Of a stretch of DNA of 64,000 nt, positions 31,025 to 41,490 are shown piece by piece. The DNA comes from a virus. Location of the stretch: the IMG/VR virus record IMGVR_UViG_3300021170_000010, positions 1 to 64,000 of that record, one strand, 5' to 3'. Within the stretch, counting starts at the first letter, position 1, and each line of letters begins with the position of its first letter. The notes below the pieces were generated by a model. It had not been told where the DNA came from and made no database searches. It saw only the letters and a list, made by a program, of their open reading frames with translations. The position numbers were made by a program, and so were the translations under genes.

Positions 31025-31518
31025 GCCACCGAGAAGATAGCGATACGTACATTCCGGTCGTTTCGCTTTGCCTGAATGGGGGGGGTATGAATAGGATAGA
31101 TGCGGAATCGGAAACGCTTATCCCGACTATATCTGGAACACTGGCAGCAAGTGGCGCTGGAACTGAACGGCCAGCGGGGAACGCCAATGAAACGGATATG
31201 ATTATCGCGTTCCAGGAATCTCAGGCCGGTTGTTGTGAGTATGATACCGCCGGTACACTTCGAGCAGATGGTCCTGGGCATGATCCCGTAGGCACTCGCG
31301 TTCGTAGCGGCATGGCCGTCCGTCGTCTTACTCCGCTAGAGTGTGAACGCCTCCAAGGGTTTCCTGATGGATGGACTGATGTACCATATCGCGGTAAGTC
31401 AGCGGCAGATGGACCGCGATATAAGGCAATCGGGAACTCTATGGCCGTCCCTATTATGAAGTGGATTCTGTCGCGGATTATCGAAGTGGAGCGAATCGTG
31501 AAGGACCTTCCGAAATGA
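31021..31518 (+). CDS. DNA cytosine-5 methyltransferase, C-terminal part (motifs IX-X)
   Basis: VRRLTP.ECERLQGFPD.WT, RYKAIGNSMAVP. Confidence 0.9.
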   Translation: MSHREDSDTYIPVVSLCLNGGGMNRIDAESETLIPTISGTLAASGAGTERPAGNANETDMIIAFQESQAGCCEYDTAGTLRADGPGHDPVGTRVRSGMAVRRLTPLECERLQGFPDGWTDVPYRGKSAADGPRYKAIGNSMAVPIMKWILSRIIEVERIVKDLPK

Positions 31519-31892
31519 TCCAACGCCGAAAGCCGCTGAAGCGTAGCGCGAAGCCGATCAAGAAGCGCAGGTCGAAGCCGAGGCGCGGCGTCGTCAAAGA
31601 TGTCCCGTTCCGTGAATGGGTACGTGAGAGAAACTGTATAATTGAGCGCGGAACTTCTCAGAATGCTAAGGAGCATCTTTGTGATACGGCTCCGACGATC
31701 CACCACGTCCGATTCTGCGGTAGCCCGAAGAACGACCGGCGCGTCCTGGCGATCTGCGCGAGCGGTCACCTTCACGGATTCGGAAAGAATTCAATCGAGC
31801 ACGGTAAAGAGCAGTGGGAGCGGTACTGGGGGTTGGATATCGAAGCGGAGATTACGCTACAGCAAGAGGAATATGAAAGAAACGGCGGCTGA
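31515..31892 (+). CDS. DUF968/Ref-like HNH-fold protein
   Basis: WVR...CI..., HHV........D......C...H, EH. Confidence 0.55.
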   Translation: MIQRRKPLKRSAKPIKKRRSKPRRGVVKDVPFREWVRERNCIIERGTSQNAKEHLCDTAPTIHHVRFCGSPKNDRRVLAICASGHLHGFGKNSIEHGKEQWERYWGLDIEAEITLQQEEYERNGG

Positions 31893-32033
31893 TCCGATAA
31901 CCAGCCGCCGAGCGTTCAGCAAGGAGAATCAGGCGGCGTTTTCTTCTTTCGGACGGAGCGCCCAGGCCGAAGTAGTGCTCCCACAGTTTATCTCCGACTG
32001 ATACCGCCTTCCGGTCTAAATTCCGAGTTCCGG

Positions 32034-32660
32034 TCATCCGCCGCCACGTAGCGATATTCGTCCGCAACGGTGGACGCGCTTCACCTTTCCGTAGAGAGCG
32101 CGCCGGAGCGGAACGACGTCCTCCTGCCAGCAAAATTCGCCGGTCGATTGCCAAGTATCCAGGAGTGCGACGTCGTGCTTAATGTCCGCGCGTTTTGAGT
32201 ATTCGTGGATGTCCGCGTGGACGATGCGGATCTTCGGGTCTTTCAGGTACGGGCCGACGAGCGCGATCACCTCCGGCTGCCGCTCGACCACCGTTATTCG
32301 CGTTATGGAGCGCTTGGCTGCGGCCATTCGAGCCACGAGTCCTAATCCTAACCCGCCGATGAGAACGTCGCCTCGGGCGTGTACGGCCAGTTCTCGGTGC
32401 ATCTGGACGAGTTCACAGGGTTGGTCTGACATCCAGGTTCCTTCCGGCCCCTTAAGTTCATGAATCTGAACGGAGCCGGGGTAGTCGCACTGCGGTAGTC
32501 CGGTGAAGATCTGGTCGCGGAAGTTCACGATGAACGGATTCTTGCATTCCCGCGATTCGACGGAGTACGCGCCGACGGTTCCATCGGGAATATCGACGCG
32601 TTCGCGCACGAGGCGCTTGGCGAGCCGGATGAGTTGTTCTTTCGTTGGTTGCTTCATCAC
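32034..32660 (-). CDS. Class I SAM-dependent methyltransferase-like protein (spermidine synthase-like)
   Basis: WMSD.P.E, GDVLIGGLGLG, ITVVE, D....D.W. Confidence 0.75.
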   Translation of the reverse strand: MMKQPTKEQLIRLAKRLVRERVDIPDGTVGAYSVESRECKNPFIVNFRDQIFTGLPQCDYPGSVQIHELKGPEGTWMSDQPCELVQMHRELAVHARGDVLIGGLGLGLVARMAAAKRSITRITVVERQPEVIALVGPYLKDPKIRIVHADIHEYSKRADIKHDVALLDTWQSTGEFCWQEDVVPLRRALYGKVKRVHRCGRISLRGGG

Positions 32661-33373
32661 CCCTTCCTTTCACGGTCTTCCTGATCGTGGTAAGCGTCGA
32701 AGTCATAGTCGGACGGTTCCCCGTCGATCAGCTTCGGCGCGGAGTTCTTCGCCTCCAAGCGCATCGCGTCCACGCCGATCCGCATTGCTACGGCGGATAC
32801 GTGCGCTTCGATCTCCGTCTTGGCGCGTCCGACAACGTGTTCGACTGAGCGACGGAACTGGTTCTCGACGAACGGTATGCCGCGATCCACCGCGCAGGCC
32901 GCGTACTCTAACTGCTTTTCGATGTCGCGGAGAGCCGTCTTGCCGACCTTCCCGGATTCGATGGCTTCATGAAGTACGCCAATGGCCGCGCGCAGGTCCT
33001 TGACGCATGCCTCCGTATCGGCCTTCATGTCTTTCACGAACTCTTCTCCGATGACTTCCGGCGACGGCGGCTCCTTGACTAGCTTCCCGCCGAAGCGCGT
33101 GAGCGTAACCGGAACGCCGTCCCCCATGTTCGGTCGCGTGATCATCTCGCAGAACTGGCTCTCGGATAGGGCGATCTGGATCAACTGCTCATAGGAGTGG
33201 AACCAGTCCTTCGAAAGAGACCGCAGACGCTCTGCGCGCGATATCGTAAGCGTCATATAGTTTCCGTGGCGGAAGTCCGATCCAAAGAGGAACGCTCCCG
33301 GATGCGCCGATACGCGGCTGAATCCTGCCATCGCGTAACTCTCGTGCTTGAATACCTTCTCATCGTCTCTCAT
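32657..33373 (-). CDS. Hypothetical phage protein
   Basis: 238-aa coupled ORF. Confidence 0.6.
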   Translation of the reverse strand: MRDDEKVFKHESYAMAGFSRVSAHPGAFLFGSDFRHGNYMTLTISRAERLRSLSKDWFHSYEQLIQIALSESQFCEMITRPNMGDGVPVTLTRFGGKLVKEPPSPEVIGEEFVKDMKADTEACVKDLRAAIGVLHEAIESGKVGKTALRDIEKQLEYAACAVDRGIPFVENQFRRSVEHVVGRAKTEIEAHVSAVAMRIGVDAMRLEAKNSAPKLIDGEPSDYDFDAYHDQEDRERKG

Positions 33374-33837
33374 ATAGCCTCCTGTAGTCCCATCTCACGG
33401 ATGATCTCCCGCGCCTTCGCTTCCTGCTCTTCGAGATCCGCTGGCCGGTGCTCCGGCGCGAACGGACGCTGCACCGATGCCTGACCAGTCGGACCGATTA
33501 TCTGTACGGATTCCGAGACGGCGCGCTCCGGGAATCCGAACGCGAAACTCTTACCGAGGTAGCAATATAGGTGAAATTGATTGCTCCCGTCTACGAGTCG
33601 GCTCTCGGCGGGGAAGAGTTGGACGGCTTCTTCTTCCGCGCCGACCAGTTCGTTCTTAATGATCTGAACATCGCGCCAGTCCATGATCGGGCGGCGGTCT
33701 TCGCGGCGGATCGAGAGGTGGAGTACGTCCGCGCCTTCACGGTCGCGCTCCTTCGTCAAGATTACTTGATACTTTCCGTTGAGAAAGTAGAGCGCGTCAC
33801 CGGGTCCGTAGCCGCGCTGGAAGGGTTTCATCTTCAT
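33370..33837 (-). CDS. Conserved-looking phage protein
   Basis: HLSIRR.D.....W...Q.IKNEL.G....AV...P. Confidence 0.65.
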   Translation of the reverse strand: MKMKPFQRGYGPGDALYFLNGKYQVILTKERDREGADVLHLSIRREDRRPIMDWRDVQIIKNELVGAEEEAVQLFPAESRLVDGSNQFHLYCYLGKSFAFGFPERAVSESVQIIGPTGQASVQRPFAPEHRPADLEEQEAKAREIIREMGLQEAI

Positions 33838-34135
33838 GGGGTGTTCTCCTTTTTAATTACCACGGTACTTGTCCGTCGTCATCCGCGTCTTGATGGCGAT
33901 ACGCATCAGTCGGAACGTCGGGTTGCTTCTGGCGGTAGTTAGGATCTCTTCGTTTCCGCGCCCGCCTCGATTCAAACGATACTTGCGCTCCGCAGTACTT
34001 GCACGTCGCCGTTATAATTCCGGTAGCGTCCTCGAATAGATAGATCCACTGATTCTCAAAGCATTTCGCGCACGGTCGCATAGCCATAGAACGTCTTCTT
34101 TCCCATAGCGGCATCCCCCTGGAATTATCCTGGTG

Positions 34136-34448
34136 CGCCCTTCCGTCTACGTAGAATACAGTCGGTTAGGATTCTTGGAGCGTAGTAAGAGCTTAGTCTT
34201 TGAGGCTTCCCATTCCAGAAGACCGGGACGTCGCCGCTGTCGCAGGATCAACTACCTGCCCGTTGCCCGGATTTTCACTCTCACCTTTTACGCAACGCTC
34301 TATCGGGGCCATTTTCACCGTAATCCTGTAAAGCAAATCAGGGGTTGTTTTGACGGGCCGGGCGATGCCGGGGGAAGGCTTATCCTGAGAGCCAACCGCT
34401 TCACTGATTATGAAGATGACTGTATTTTCAGCGCGCGGGTAGAGGGCG
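34136..34448 (-). ncRNA. Candidate ~320-nt nested rod-like structure
   Basis: Nested inverted repeats (see findings). Confidence 0.5.
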
Positions 34449-34489
34449 TGTGATGAAAAGCCTAACGAAATTTGATTGAGATTTTCCAA

Positions 34490-34592
34490 AATACCCTCGT
34501 AACAGGGTTTAGAGTGATGGGCGGCTGGTTACGCAACCGCCCGTAGTTTCACTCCTAGCTGCCTTTCCAGCACCCCGCGAAGGTAGCTGGAA
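34490..34592 (-). ncRNA. Structured leader 3
   Basis: GGGCGG../..CCGCCC stem with loop CGTAAC complementary to GTTACG before the SD of TTG 34489. Confidence 0.6.
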
Positions 34593-36342
34593 TCTCTATT
34601 CTAGAGCATTAGCAGCGAGATCGTCTACTGATATTTTAGGCGCTCGACTTTCCTATTTTACCTTCGCGTGACCGTCGTTGAGATTCGACGGATCGTACCA
34701 GCAGTCCGGTTGAACGTCTCCGCCGATGCCGAGGCCGGTGATCGGTATGAAGGACGTATCGACCTGGACGAAGCAGGCCGCGCCCTGCGCCTTCAGCGCT
34801 TCGTAGACGGGCGGATTGAGCGTGAACATTAAGTATAGCCAGATATTGAAGAGCCAGTTTAGGGTCATCGTTTAGGTTCCTTTCTTCGTTCGCTTGCCGT
34901 TTCGAGGAAGTCCTCGTGATAGTCTTCGCGCGCGCCGGAGCCGTCTTCGATGACGGTGACGAGCGGATGCCGGTAGCAGACGACCGTGCCGCGCATATCG
35001 AGCCGTGCTACGAGCTTCGCGCGGCCTTCGTCGGAAAGTCTAACCTTTATTCGCGGTCGGAACATCGCCGTTTTCCTTTCTTCCGAGTTCGGAGCACGGA
35101 TGCTCTCCACGTCCGCGCGCGTCGTGATCGCGTTCCGTGAATAGATGCCTGCTGAATTGAACGCGGCCACGGTCTTCGGCGACGAACGCGCCGGGAGCGT
35201 ACTTCGCCTTCGCCGCGATCTCCGTGCGGCATCGGACGCAGCGCTGAGAGCCGGAGACCGTCGGGATGGCCGCTATGTGGACGTATATCACGGCTGTGCC
35301 TCCGAAGGCTTTCCCCATCTTCCGGAGTCAGTAATCCGTCCGCCGGGATATTCTCTGTAGCGCTTGAACCACTTCCGGTTGATCCGCTTCCGGATGCGCC
35401 ACTCATCGCGGTCGCGCTTATCGAGAAGCGGACCGTTGAGGCCGCGAACGTTCCGGACTTCCGTGAGTCTGCGCGCTTCTTCAACGGATTCCATCCAGTT
35501 CGGTTCTCTCGGGTTCATAGGTCCTCCAGATAGAAAGCGCACCGCGTCCGGCGAGGTTCCCGATGGATCTTCCACGCGGTCCACGCGAAGAGTCCGCAGC
35601 CGAAAGCGATCAGGCCGCAGGCGATTCCGCTGAGGACGAAGAAGAACTCCCTCACTTCGCTACCTCCGGCTGAACCGCCGCGCGGCCCTTCTCCGTCACC
35701 CAGTAGTACGCGGCGCTGAGTTTCCCCTGTAGCGCGTAGGCGTGTTCAAGCTTCGCGTGAGCGGCTTTCCAGGAAGCCGTCGTACGGCTTTGCGCCCAGT
35801 CATTTAGATCGACGTGGGCTTTACGGATTTCCGAGTCGCGGAGTTCTTCGAGAGATTCGCGCGCCTTCGGATCGCGGACCATGAAGTCGCGCTCGATGAG
35901 TCCCTCCTTCGTCATCATTTCGAGCGATCGCTGCTGGATGCCGGAGTACGGCGAGATCATACCCGGATCTTCTGAGCGCGCTAGTGCGCGCTGAATCATT
36001 TCCTTCTGTGCGTTCGTCATTCGGTAGTCTCCTTATGGTGGTCGGTGAATTCCTTTATACTGGCGAATACCGCGATCCTGTCTGACGGAAGGCGAAGCGC
36101 GAAGTCCGTGCGCGGCACCTTGCAGACGTTAGCGCGATAGATCGCCATACCGGCGCACTGCGGTCCGATCTTAGCGTGACAGGGATAGATAACTTCTCCG
36201 TGAGCGGCCATAACGAATTCCTGAGCCGTATTTCCTCCGAGCCATCCCTTCACGGAATCCCGGCGAAATGGACAATCAGAGCACGGTTGCCTATGCTGCC
36301 GAGACGAAGGCCGCGCTTCTTCGGTCGTTATCATCTTTCGCT

Positions 36343-36864
36343 TCACGGCTCCGTCTCCATTTCATCGAACGTTCTCTTCATAGCGCCCCAGACGTCTTCT
36401 CCGTCGTTGACGTGGAAGCCGTCGAACGCCTGGATCATCTTCAGCATCGTTTCGGCAGCGTCGTAGTCCATGAAGTCGCCGGTCCGTCCGCAGCCGTGGA
36501 CGCAGCGGAGCGTTAGCGCGTGGTGGCCGAACATCCGGCATACGAGCGGTCGCTCTTCGTAGATCGAGCAGCGCCGCTCCGCCGTCAGGAATCTGCACGG
36601 CGTATAGTCCGGTCCGAGAGTCGGCATACTGATAGCCGCAGGATTCTCCGGATCGTTGGCCGGATGGACGGTCTTGACGATCTGCGCGCCGTGGCGCTCG
36701 ATCAGGTAGTACGCTTCGACTGGATTGATCGGCACGTTTGTGCACGAATCGAAGCAGAGGCCCTTGCAGGCCGTAACCGGCGGAACGGCTTCCCACGCGG
36801 CCTTCATGGCGTCGATCTCCTGGACGGAAAGCGGACGGTTTAGCGGTTTTAGCGTTTCGGCCAT
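36343..36864 (-). CDS. YkgJ/FliB-like cysteine-cluster protein
   Basis: C...C..SC, PC.FL....CSIYE.RP.VCR. Confidence 0.8.
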   Translation of the reverse strand: MAETLKPLNRPLSVQEIDAMKAAWEAVPPVTACKGLCFDSCTNVPINPVEAYYLIERHGAQIVKTVHPANDPENPAAISMPTLGPDYTPCRFLTAERRCSIYEERPLVCRMFGHHALTLRCVHGCGRTGDFMDYDAAETMLKMIQAFDGFHVNDGEDVWGAMKRTFDEMETEP

Positions 36865-36948
36865 CGAATCTCCTTCTACTAACCCCGAAAACAGGCCATC
36901 CTTGGCCGTTAGCTGCCCAAGGGCTGGCCTGACGGGGTTTCCGCCTTA

Positions 36949-37529
36949 CTACGAAGCGGTATAGACGCTCGCGCCGTCCTCGCGCCGTATCCGCGTCATG
37001 GAGAAGTCCTTGCCGGTCCGGCAGATATAGTTCGTAGCGGACGAATAGCTGCATTCTGCCGCTTCCATGACGTCGGCGATGGTCGCGCCGCCTTCCGCCG
37101 GATCAAGTCCGAGGCAATATCCTGCTTCGACTTCTTCTTCGGACCGTCCGACGCGGTCTTGGCTGCCGCTTTTTTGCGCGCCGCCTTCTTCTCCGGCTTC
37201 GGGAGTTCCTGCGCAGCCGGTTCCTTCGTCACTTCCGCTTCCGTCTCTGGCTCCGCGTGGTGGCCGTCTATGAGGCGCTGGATGGCGCTCCAGATCCGCT
37301 CCGTCGCCTTACCGCGCGTCTCGAACTTCTTGACCGGCTTCAGATCGTCGAACGGGACGACTCCGGCGAAGCCGTTCCAGACGCGGATCAGCGCGGTGCC
37401 GTCCCAGGACTTCGTGGCCGCGCGGAGTTCTTCTAGGGAGGTAAACGCGACCGCGTCTTCTCCGATTGCTTTCGGGCGCACTCGGTGCGCCGTGACTTCC
37501 ATATCGGAATTGATGGTGAACGTCGTCAT
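36949..37529 (-). pseudogene. DUF3489-type protein with a 1-nt frameshift near 37098
   Basis: KSKQDI..DLIRR continues in another frame as EGGATIADVMEAA...REDGERVY; length 3n+2. Confidence 0.7.
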
Positions 37530-37757
37530 GGGGATAGTTTCCTTTTCGTCGTTTGGGGTTTAAAGCGGATCATTACTAAAGTCTTCTGCGATGTACGTCC
37601 TGATGCGCTCCAGGCCGATCATGAGCGTATCCGTGAAGATTAAGATCACGTTGTCCGCGAGCGTTCCTTCATCTTCGTCGCTACGGACGACCTTGAAGCG
37701 CAGGTCCTCCGAGTCCGGCTCGACCGGCTGGATATTGATTACGTACTGGCGCTCCAT

Positions 37758-38753
37758 CTATGCCTCTACTTCCTCCGGTTCCGGCTCCGCTTCGTCGAAG
37801 ATGATCTGCCGCGTTCCGGCTTCTTCGACCATCGAGGAGAGTTTTTCTTTCAGGGCGGCGAAGCCTTTCTGGAGGTTCGACCGCTCGGCGTCGTCGTTGC
37901 GGATCTGCTTCGGGTCCGCTCCGGCTAAGAGGACCTTCGCGTCCTTGATCAGCTTGCCGAGTTCGGCATCGTCCGTGACGTCTTTCAGCGAATAGTTGCC
38001 GATGAACTCCTGGATGTGCTTCAGGCGCGAACTGAAGAAGCGCTTCGGCTTCCCGTCTTCGCCCTCGCTTACCATGTCGAGCATGCCGTCAACAAGTTCG
38101 CGGAACTGGACGCGGAGCAGAGACGTGATCTCAGCCGTCGCCTGCTTCCAGTGCTCGACGGCCTTGGCCTGTTCCTTCTCGAAGAAGCTCTTGCTGATCT
38201 TCTTGAGGTTATCCGGCGTCGTGAACGTGCAGAACTGCCACTCGAACTCGAACGCTTCACGGACCGTCGTCTCTGGCGGATAGTCCGACGTATCGAACAA
38301 ATCCTTGAGTCGCTCTTCGGCTTCCTTCCTACGGTCCACGTAGACGGCCAGGAACTTATCGACGAGTTCCTTACGCTTCTCCTTGTGCTCTTCGAGGCGC
38401 GCGTCGATCTTCTCCGTGGCCTCGATCTTGACGAGCGTCATACCGGCGCGGAAGAAGGACGGTAGGCAGATCTCGCGGAGCCAGCCCTTGAGTTCGCCGT
38501 CGGCGCGGCGGATGGCCTTCAACTCCTTGCTATCGAGGAGTTGCTTTGAGACGCGGACGAGCCGGACGTCAGCATCGACCTGGACCGGCGCGGTGTCGTC
38601 TTCTTCGAGAAGTTCGGAACCTTTCTCGTGAACCTGAGACTTCCGAACTTGTTTGTGATTCCCGAGGAAGCCGAAGTGGATGTTAAGGAGACAGGCAGTC
38701 TCCGTGATGTTCTGCGATTGATTGGTGGCGATGGGGGTTGCGGTTGCGGTCAT
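37758..38753 (-). CDS. DUF3150-like protein
   Basis: K.L...ELKAI, F...Y......A...L..LF...DYP; typical partner of Ycf46-like AAA clusters. Confidence 0.6.
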   Translation of the reverse strand: MTATATPIATNQSQNITETACLLNIHFGFLGNHKQVRKSQVHEKGSELLEEDDTAPVQVDADVRLVRVSKQLLDSKELKAIRRADGELKGWLREICLPSFFRAGMTLVKIEATEKIDARLEEHKEKRKELVDKFLAVYVDRRKEAEERLKDLFDTSDYPPETTVREAFEFEWQFCTFTTPDNLKKISKSFFEKEQAKAVEHWKQATAEITSLLRVQFRELVDGMLDMVSEGEDGKPKRFFSSRLKHIQEFIGNYSLKDVTDDAELGKLIKDAKVLLAGADPKQIRNDDAERSNLQKGFAALKEKLSSMVEEAGTRQIIFDEAEPEPEEVEA

Positions 38754-38781
38754 ATCGTTAGATTCCTTTTCCGTTTTGAAA

Positions 38782-39417
38782 TTAAAGAGCGTACCCGGTA
38801 ATTTGTGTGAGTCCGTTCTCATCGATGCTGTACTCGCACGAGCGGTTCTCGAAGCTGCCGTACGAGTAGCGAAGGCTAAAGAGTACTACCTCCTGGTTGC
38901 TGCTGCTCACGAGCCGCAGGTCCGGCCTCTGATCGAGCAGCGTGTCTATAGCCGGATCTACCGCCTTCGTACGGTCCCACCGGCCTAAGATCGCGAAGTC
39001 GAGGTGTTCTCGGATCTTGAGCCAGAGTTGCCGCTTGTACGGCGCTCCGTGCTTCTCGTCGCGAATCCAGTAGGCTCCGTCTGCGAGTTCGCGGTGCGTG
39101 TAGCCGGAGAAAATTCCGACGCTAAAGTCCGGACGGTATGCCTTGACCGCCAGGATCAGCGCGAGGAGTTCGTCGGCCTGCTGCATCGGTTCGCCGCCCG
39201 ACACGGTGATTCCCTTTGTGCCGACGGCGCAGTGAAGGATGATGTGCCGCGCGAGCGCCTGCGACTCCCAGAGCGTTCCGCCGGAGAGCGGATGCGTGGC
39301 GGGATTGTGGCAGCCGGGGCAGTTGAGCGAGCAGCCTTGCAGCCAAATGCAGGTCCGTAACTCTGGGCCGTTGGCGCGCGTTCCGTGAAGGATCGCGTTC
39401 TGGTGGATACGGATCAT
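38782..39417 (-). CDS. NrdG-like radical SAM (4Fe-4S) protein
   Basis: NGP..R..IW.QGC...CPGC.NP, GITVSGGEP.QQ, FSGY, SSNQ. Confidence 0.85.
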   Translation of the reverse strand: MIRIHQNAILHGTRANGPELRTCIWLQGCSLNCPGCHNPATHPLSGGTLWESQALARHIILHCAVGTKGITVSGGEPMQQADELLALILAVKAYRPDFSVGIFSGYTHRELADGAYWIRDEKHGAPYKRQLWLKIREHLDFAILGRWDRTKAVDPAIDTLLDQRPDLRLVSSSNQEVVLFSLRYSYGSFENRSCEYSIDENGLTQITGYAL

Positions 39418-40427
39418 TGCGTTCCTTTCGTGGCTACTTCTTCAATGTCGATAAGTTTCTGCGCGTATCGAACGCCGTTAAGCGCTGTGCGTAATTTCTC
39501 ACGCGCTTCTGCCGTCATATCGTCCTGCTCAATTAAAACGTCTTGAATTCTGGCGGCGGAATCACGAAGTGAAGATGAAGCTCCGTACGCGTCTTGCCAT
39601 TTCATCCAATTTCCTCCAAGTCGATACTACGAATCCGCGCCCACTCGATGAACGTTGATTCCATCGGAGATGGGACGCGGTACTGAACGATTGCTAATCC
39701 GCCGGGGTTAGTGATCGAAGACGTTTCGATCTGGCCGTCGCCGCCGAAGACTTCCTGGATGGCATTGAACGTCGAGACGCAACCTCGATCCGGAAGCGTG
39801 AATTCGAACATCATACCGTAGCCTCTTTCTGAGTTTCCGGATGACGGATACCTTTTGAAGTAGAGACCGGAAAAGACGAACGGCGGATGCGGCGTCGGCT
39901 TTACTCCGTTTAAAACGTCCTTGATCGTCACGGATTTGACCGAGTATGAATCCGTCCGGTACCAGTACGGGTTCTCGCCCATGCAGAAGACGCGGCAGCC
40001 GTGGAGCGTATCGTTGATATACGGCGAGCCGTAGCGGTCCGCGTAGACGTTCCGCTTCTCAGTAATCTCGCGCTGGAAGACGTCATTGGAATATATACGG
40101 ACGCGGACCTCGAACTTGCCGAGCTTCTTCATACGTCGATTCCTTCCGCGCGCAAGCGCTGCGCTAAATCGCCGCGATTCCATTGAAGGAAGCCATCTAC
40201 CTGATCGGGAAAGCCGATCCGGAGCCGCGCGAGGTTATCGTCGTCAGCTTTCATAATCGCTTGCGCGAGCGCCGTCTGGAAGTCTCCGAGAAGGCCGAAT
40301 TGCCACTTCAGCACGAACTTGGTAGCGTCGGTAAAGTCCGAAGATACGAGAGCCTCGGCGACGCTCTTAGGAATGGTTCTCCCCGGATTCTCCCATGGAA
40401 GAGACAGAGGACGATTAACGAATCCGC

Positions 40428-40610
40428 TCATGCTTTCTGGTCCTCCTTCTGCCGGACGACTTCGAGGTACTCCGGCTTGTTGCGAATCGTCTTGGTCTTG
40501 TCGCCTCCGGCGAAGTCGGCAAGAACGCGTTCGCAGCCTTGACCATGAAAATTTTTCAGGTCAATTTCCGATTCGCCCTCTTCATCTACGGTGATGCTGA
40601 TCTCTTTCAT
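40428..40610 (-). CDS. DUF2997-like protein
   Basis: I.ITVD..G...I....F.G.GC...........KPEY. Confidence 0.7.
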   Translation of the reverse strand: MKEISITVDEEGESEIDLKNFHGQGCERVLADFAGGDKTKTIRNKPEYLEVVRQKEDQKA

Positions 40611-41488
40611 GCGCTTCTCTTCCCTTTCTGTGCGGCAAGCCGCTCTTCGTGAAACCGTTTAACGACTTCGTAGATCGCTTCCGGCCAAATGCAGTACGTC
40701 CAGAGGTTTCCTTTACCGTTCGGAAAGCTGATCTCGTAGACGCCCCCGAACGCTCCCCCGAGCGTACAGATCTTCTCGCCGGAAGTATCTTCGATCACGT
40801 CTACCATCGAATCGGCCATCTTAAAGCGCGCGAGGCCGGACGTCTGTCCAGGCTCCCAATCGAGGCAGATCGGAAGTTTGATCTCTCCGATAGGAGTCCG
40901 CAGCTTTTCACGAAGTTTCCGCGTCTCAGCATCATTCCGTTTCTTCGTTTCTTCACCGGCTTTAATGCGCTCCTGGAGGGCGACTTCGTTTGCTCGCTCA
41001 TCTTCCGCAAAGGCCGCATCTAGTTGCGCTTCTTCGATGCGTTCGATCTGCTTAACGTCCGGTGCGGGAAGACCGTTCATAGAACGCCACCACGCCGGTA
41101 TTGGGTCACCGTGTCCGTCGTCTACTACGATGTTCGGTAGGGATAGGCCGCGTTCCTCAGCTTCGACAGAAACGTAGTTGTTATACGTAAACGCGGAGAC
41201 CACTACGACGAGAGCGCTAGAGTTATCTTCCGCCCACTTAACGAGGTAGCGCGCGTTGTCTTCCATGAGCGAAGTTCCAGGAAGCATTCCGCCGAAGTCG
41301 TATATCACGAGATCAGTTCCGACCTTGATGTCTCCGGGAGAATGCGCGCGGTACCACGCTAGTTTCGCAGGAGCTACGCGCTCTTTATATTCGCGTACGT
41401 GGTCCTTGACTTCTTGTTCCGGAGAGAATTCTCCGAATCCGTGGCCCATCGGATCGACAATGATAGCCGCCTTGATCTTCTGCGGCAT
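40607..41488 (-). CDS. Hypothetical protein with possible degenerate receiver-like N-domain
   Basis: IIVD, DLVIYD, VVVVSA pattern. Confidence 0.4.
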   Translation of the reverse strand: MPQKIKAAIIVDPMGHGFGEFSPEQEVKDHVREYKERVAPAKLAWYRAHSPGDIKVGTDLVIYDFGGMLPGTSLMEDNARYLVKWAEDNSSALVVVVSAFTYNNYVSVEAEERGLSLPNIVVDDGHGDPIPAWWRSMNGLPAPDVKQIERIEEAQLDAAFAEDERANEVALQERIKAGEETKKRNDAETRKLREKLRTPIGEIKLPICLDWEPGQTSGLARFKMADSMVDVIEDTSGEKICTLGGAFGGVYEISFPNGKGNLWTYCIWPEAIYEVVKRFHEERLAAQKGKRSA

Positions 41489-41490
41489 GG

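Noticed and set aside
38782-39417. QueE assignment that would complete the deazaguanine pathway
   Set aside because: Motif WLQGCSLNCPGCHN is NrdG-like rather than QueE-like, and the gene is unlinked to queD
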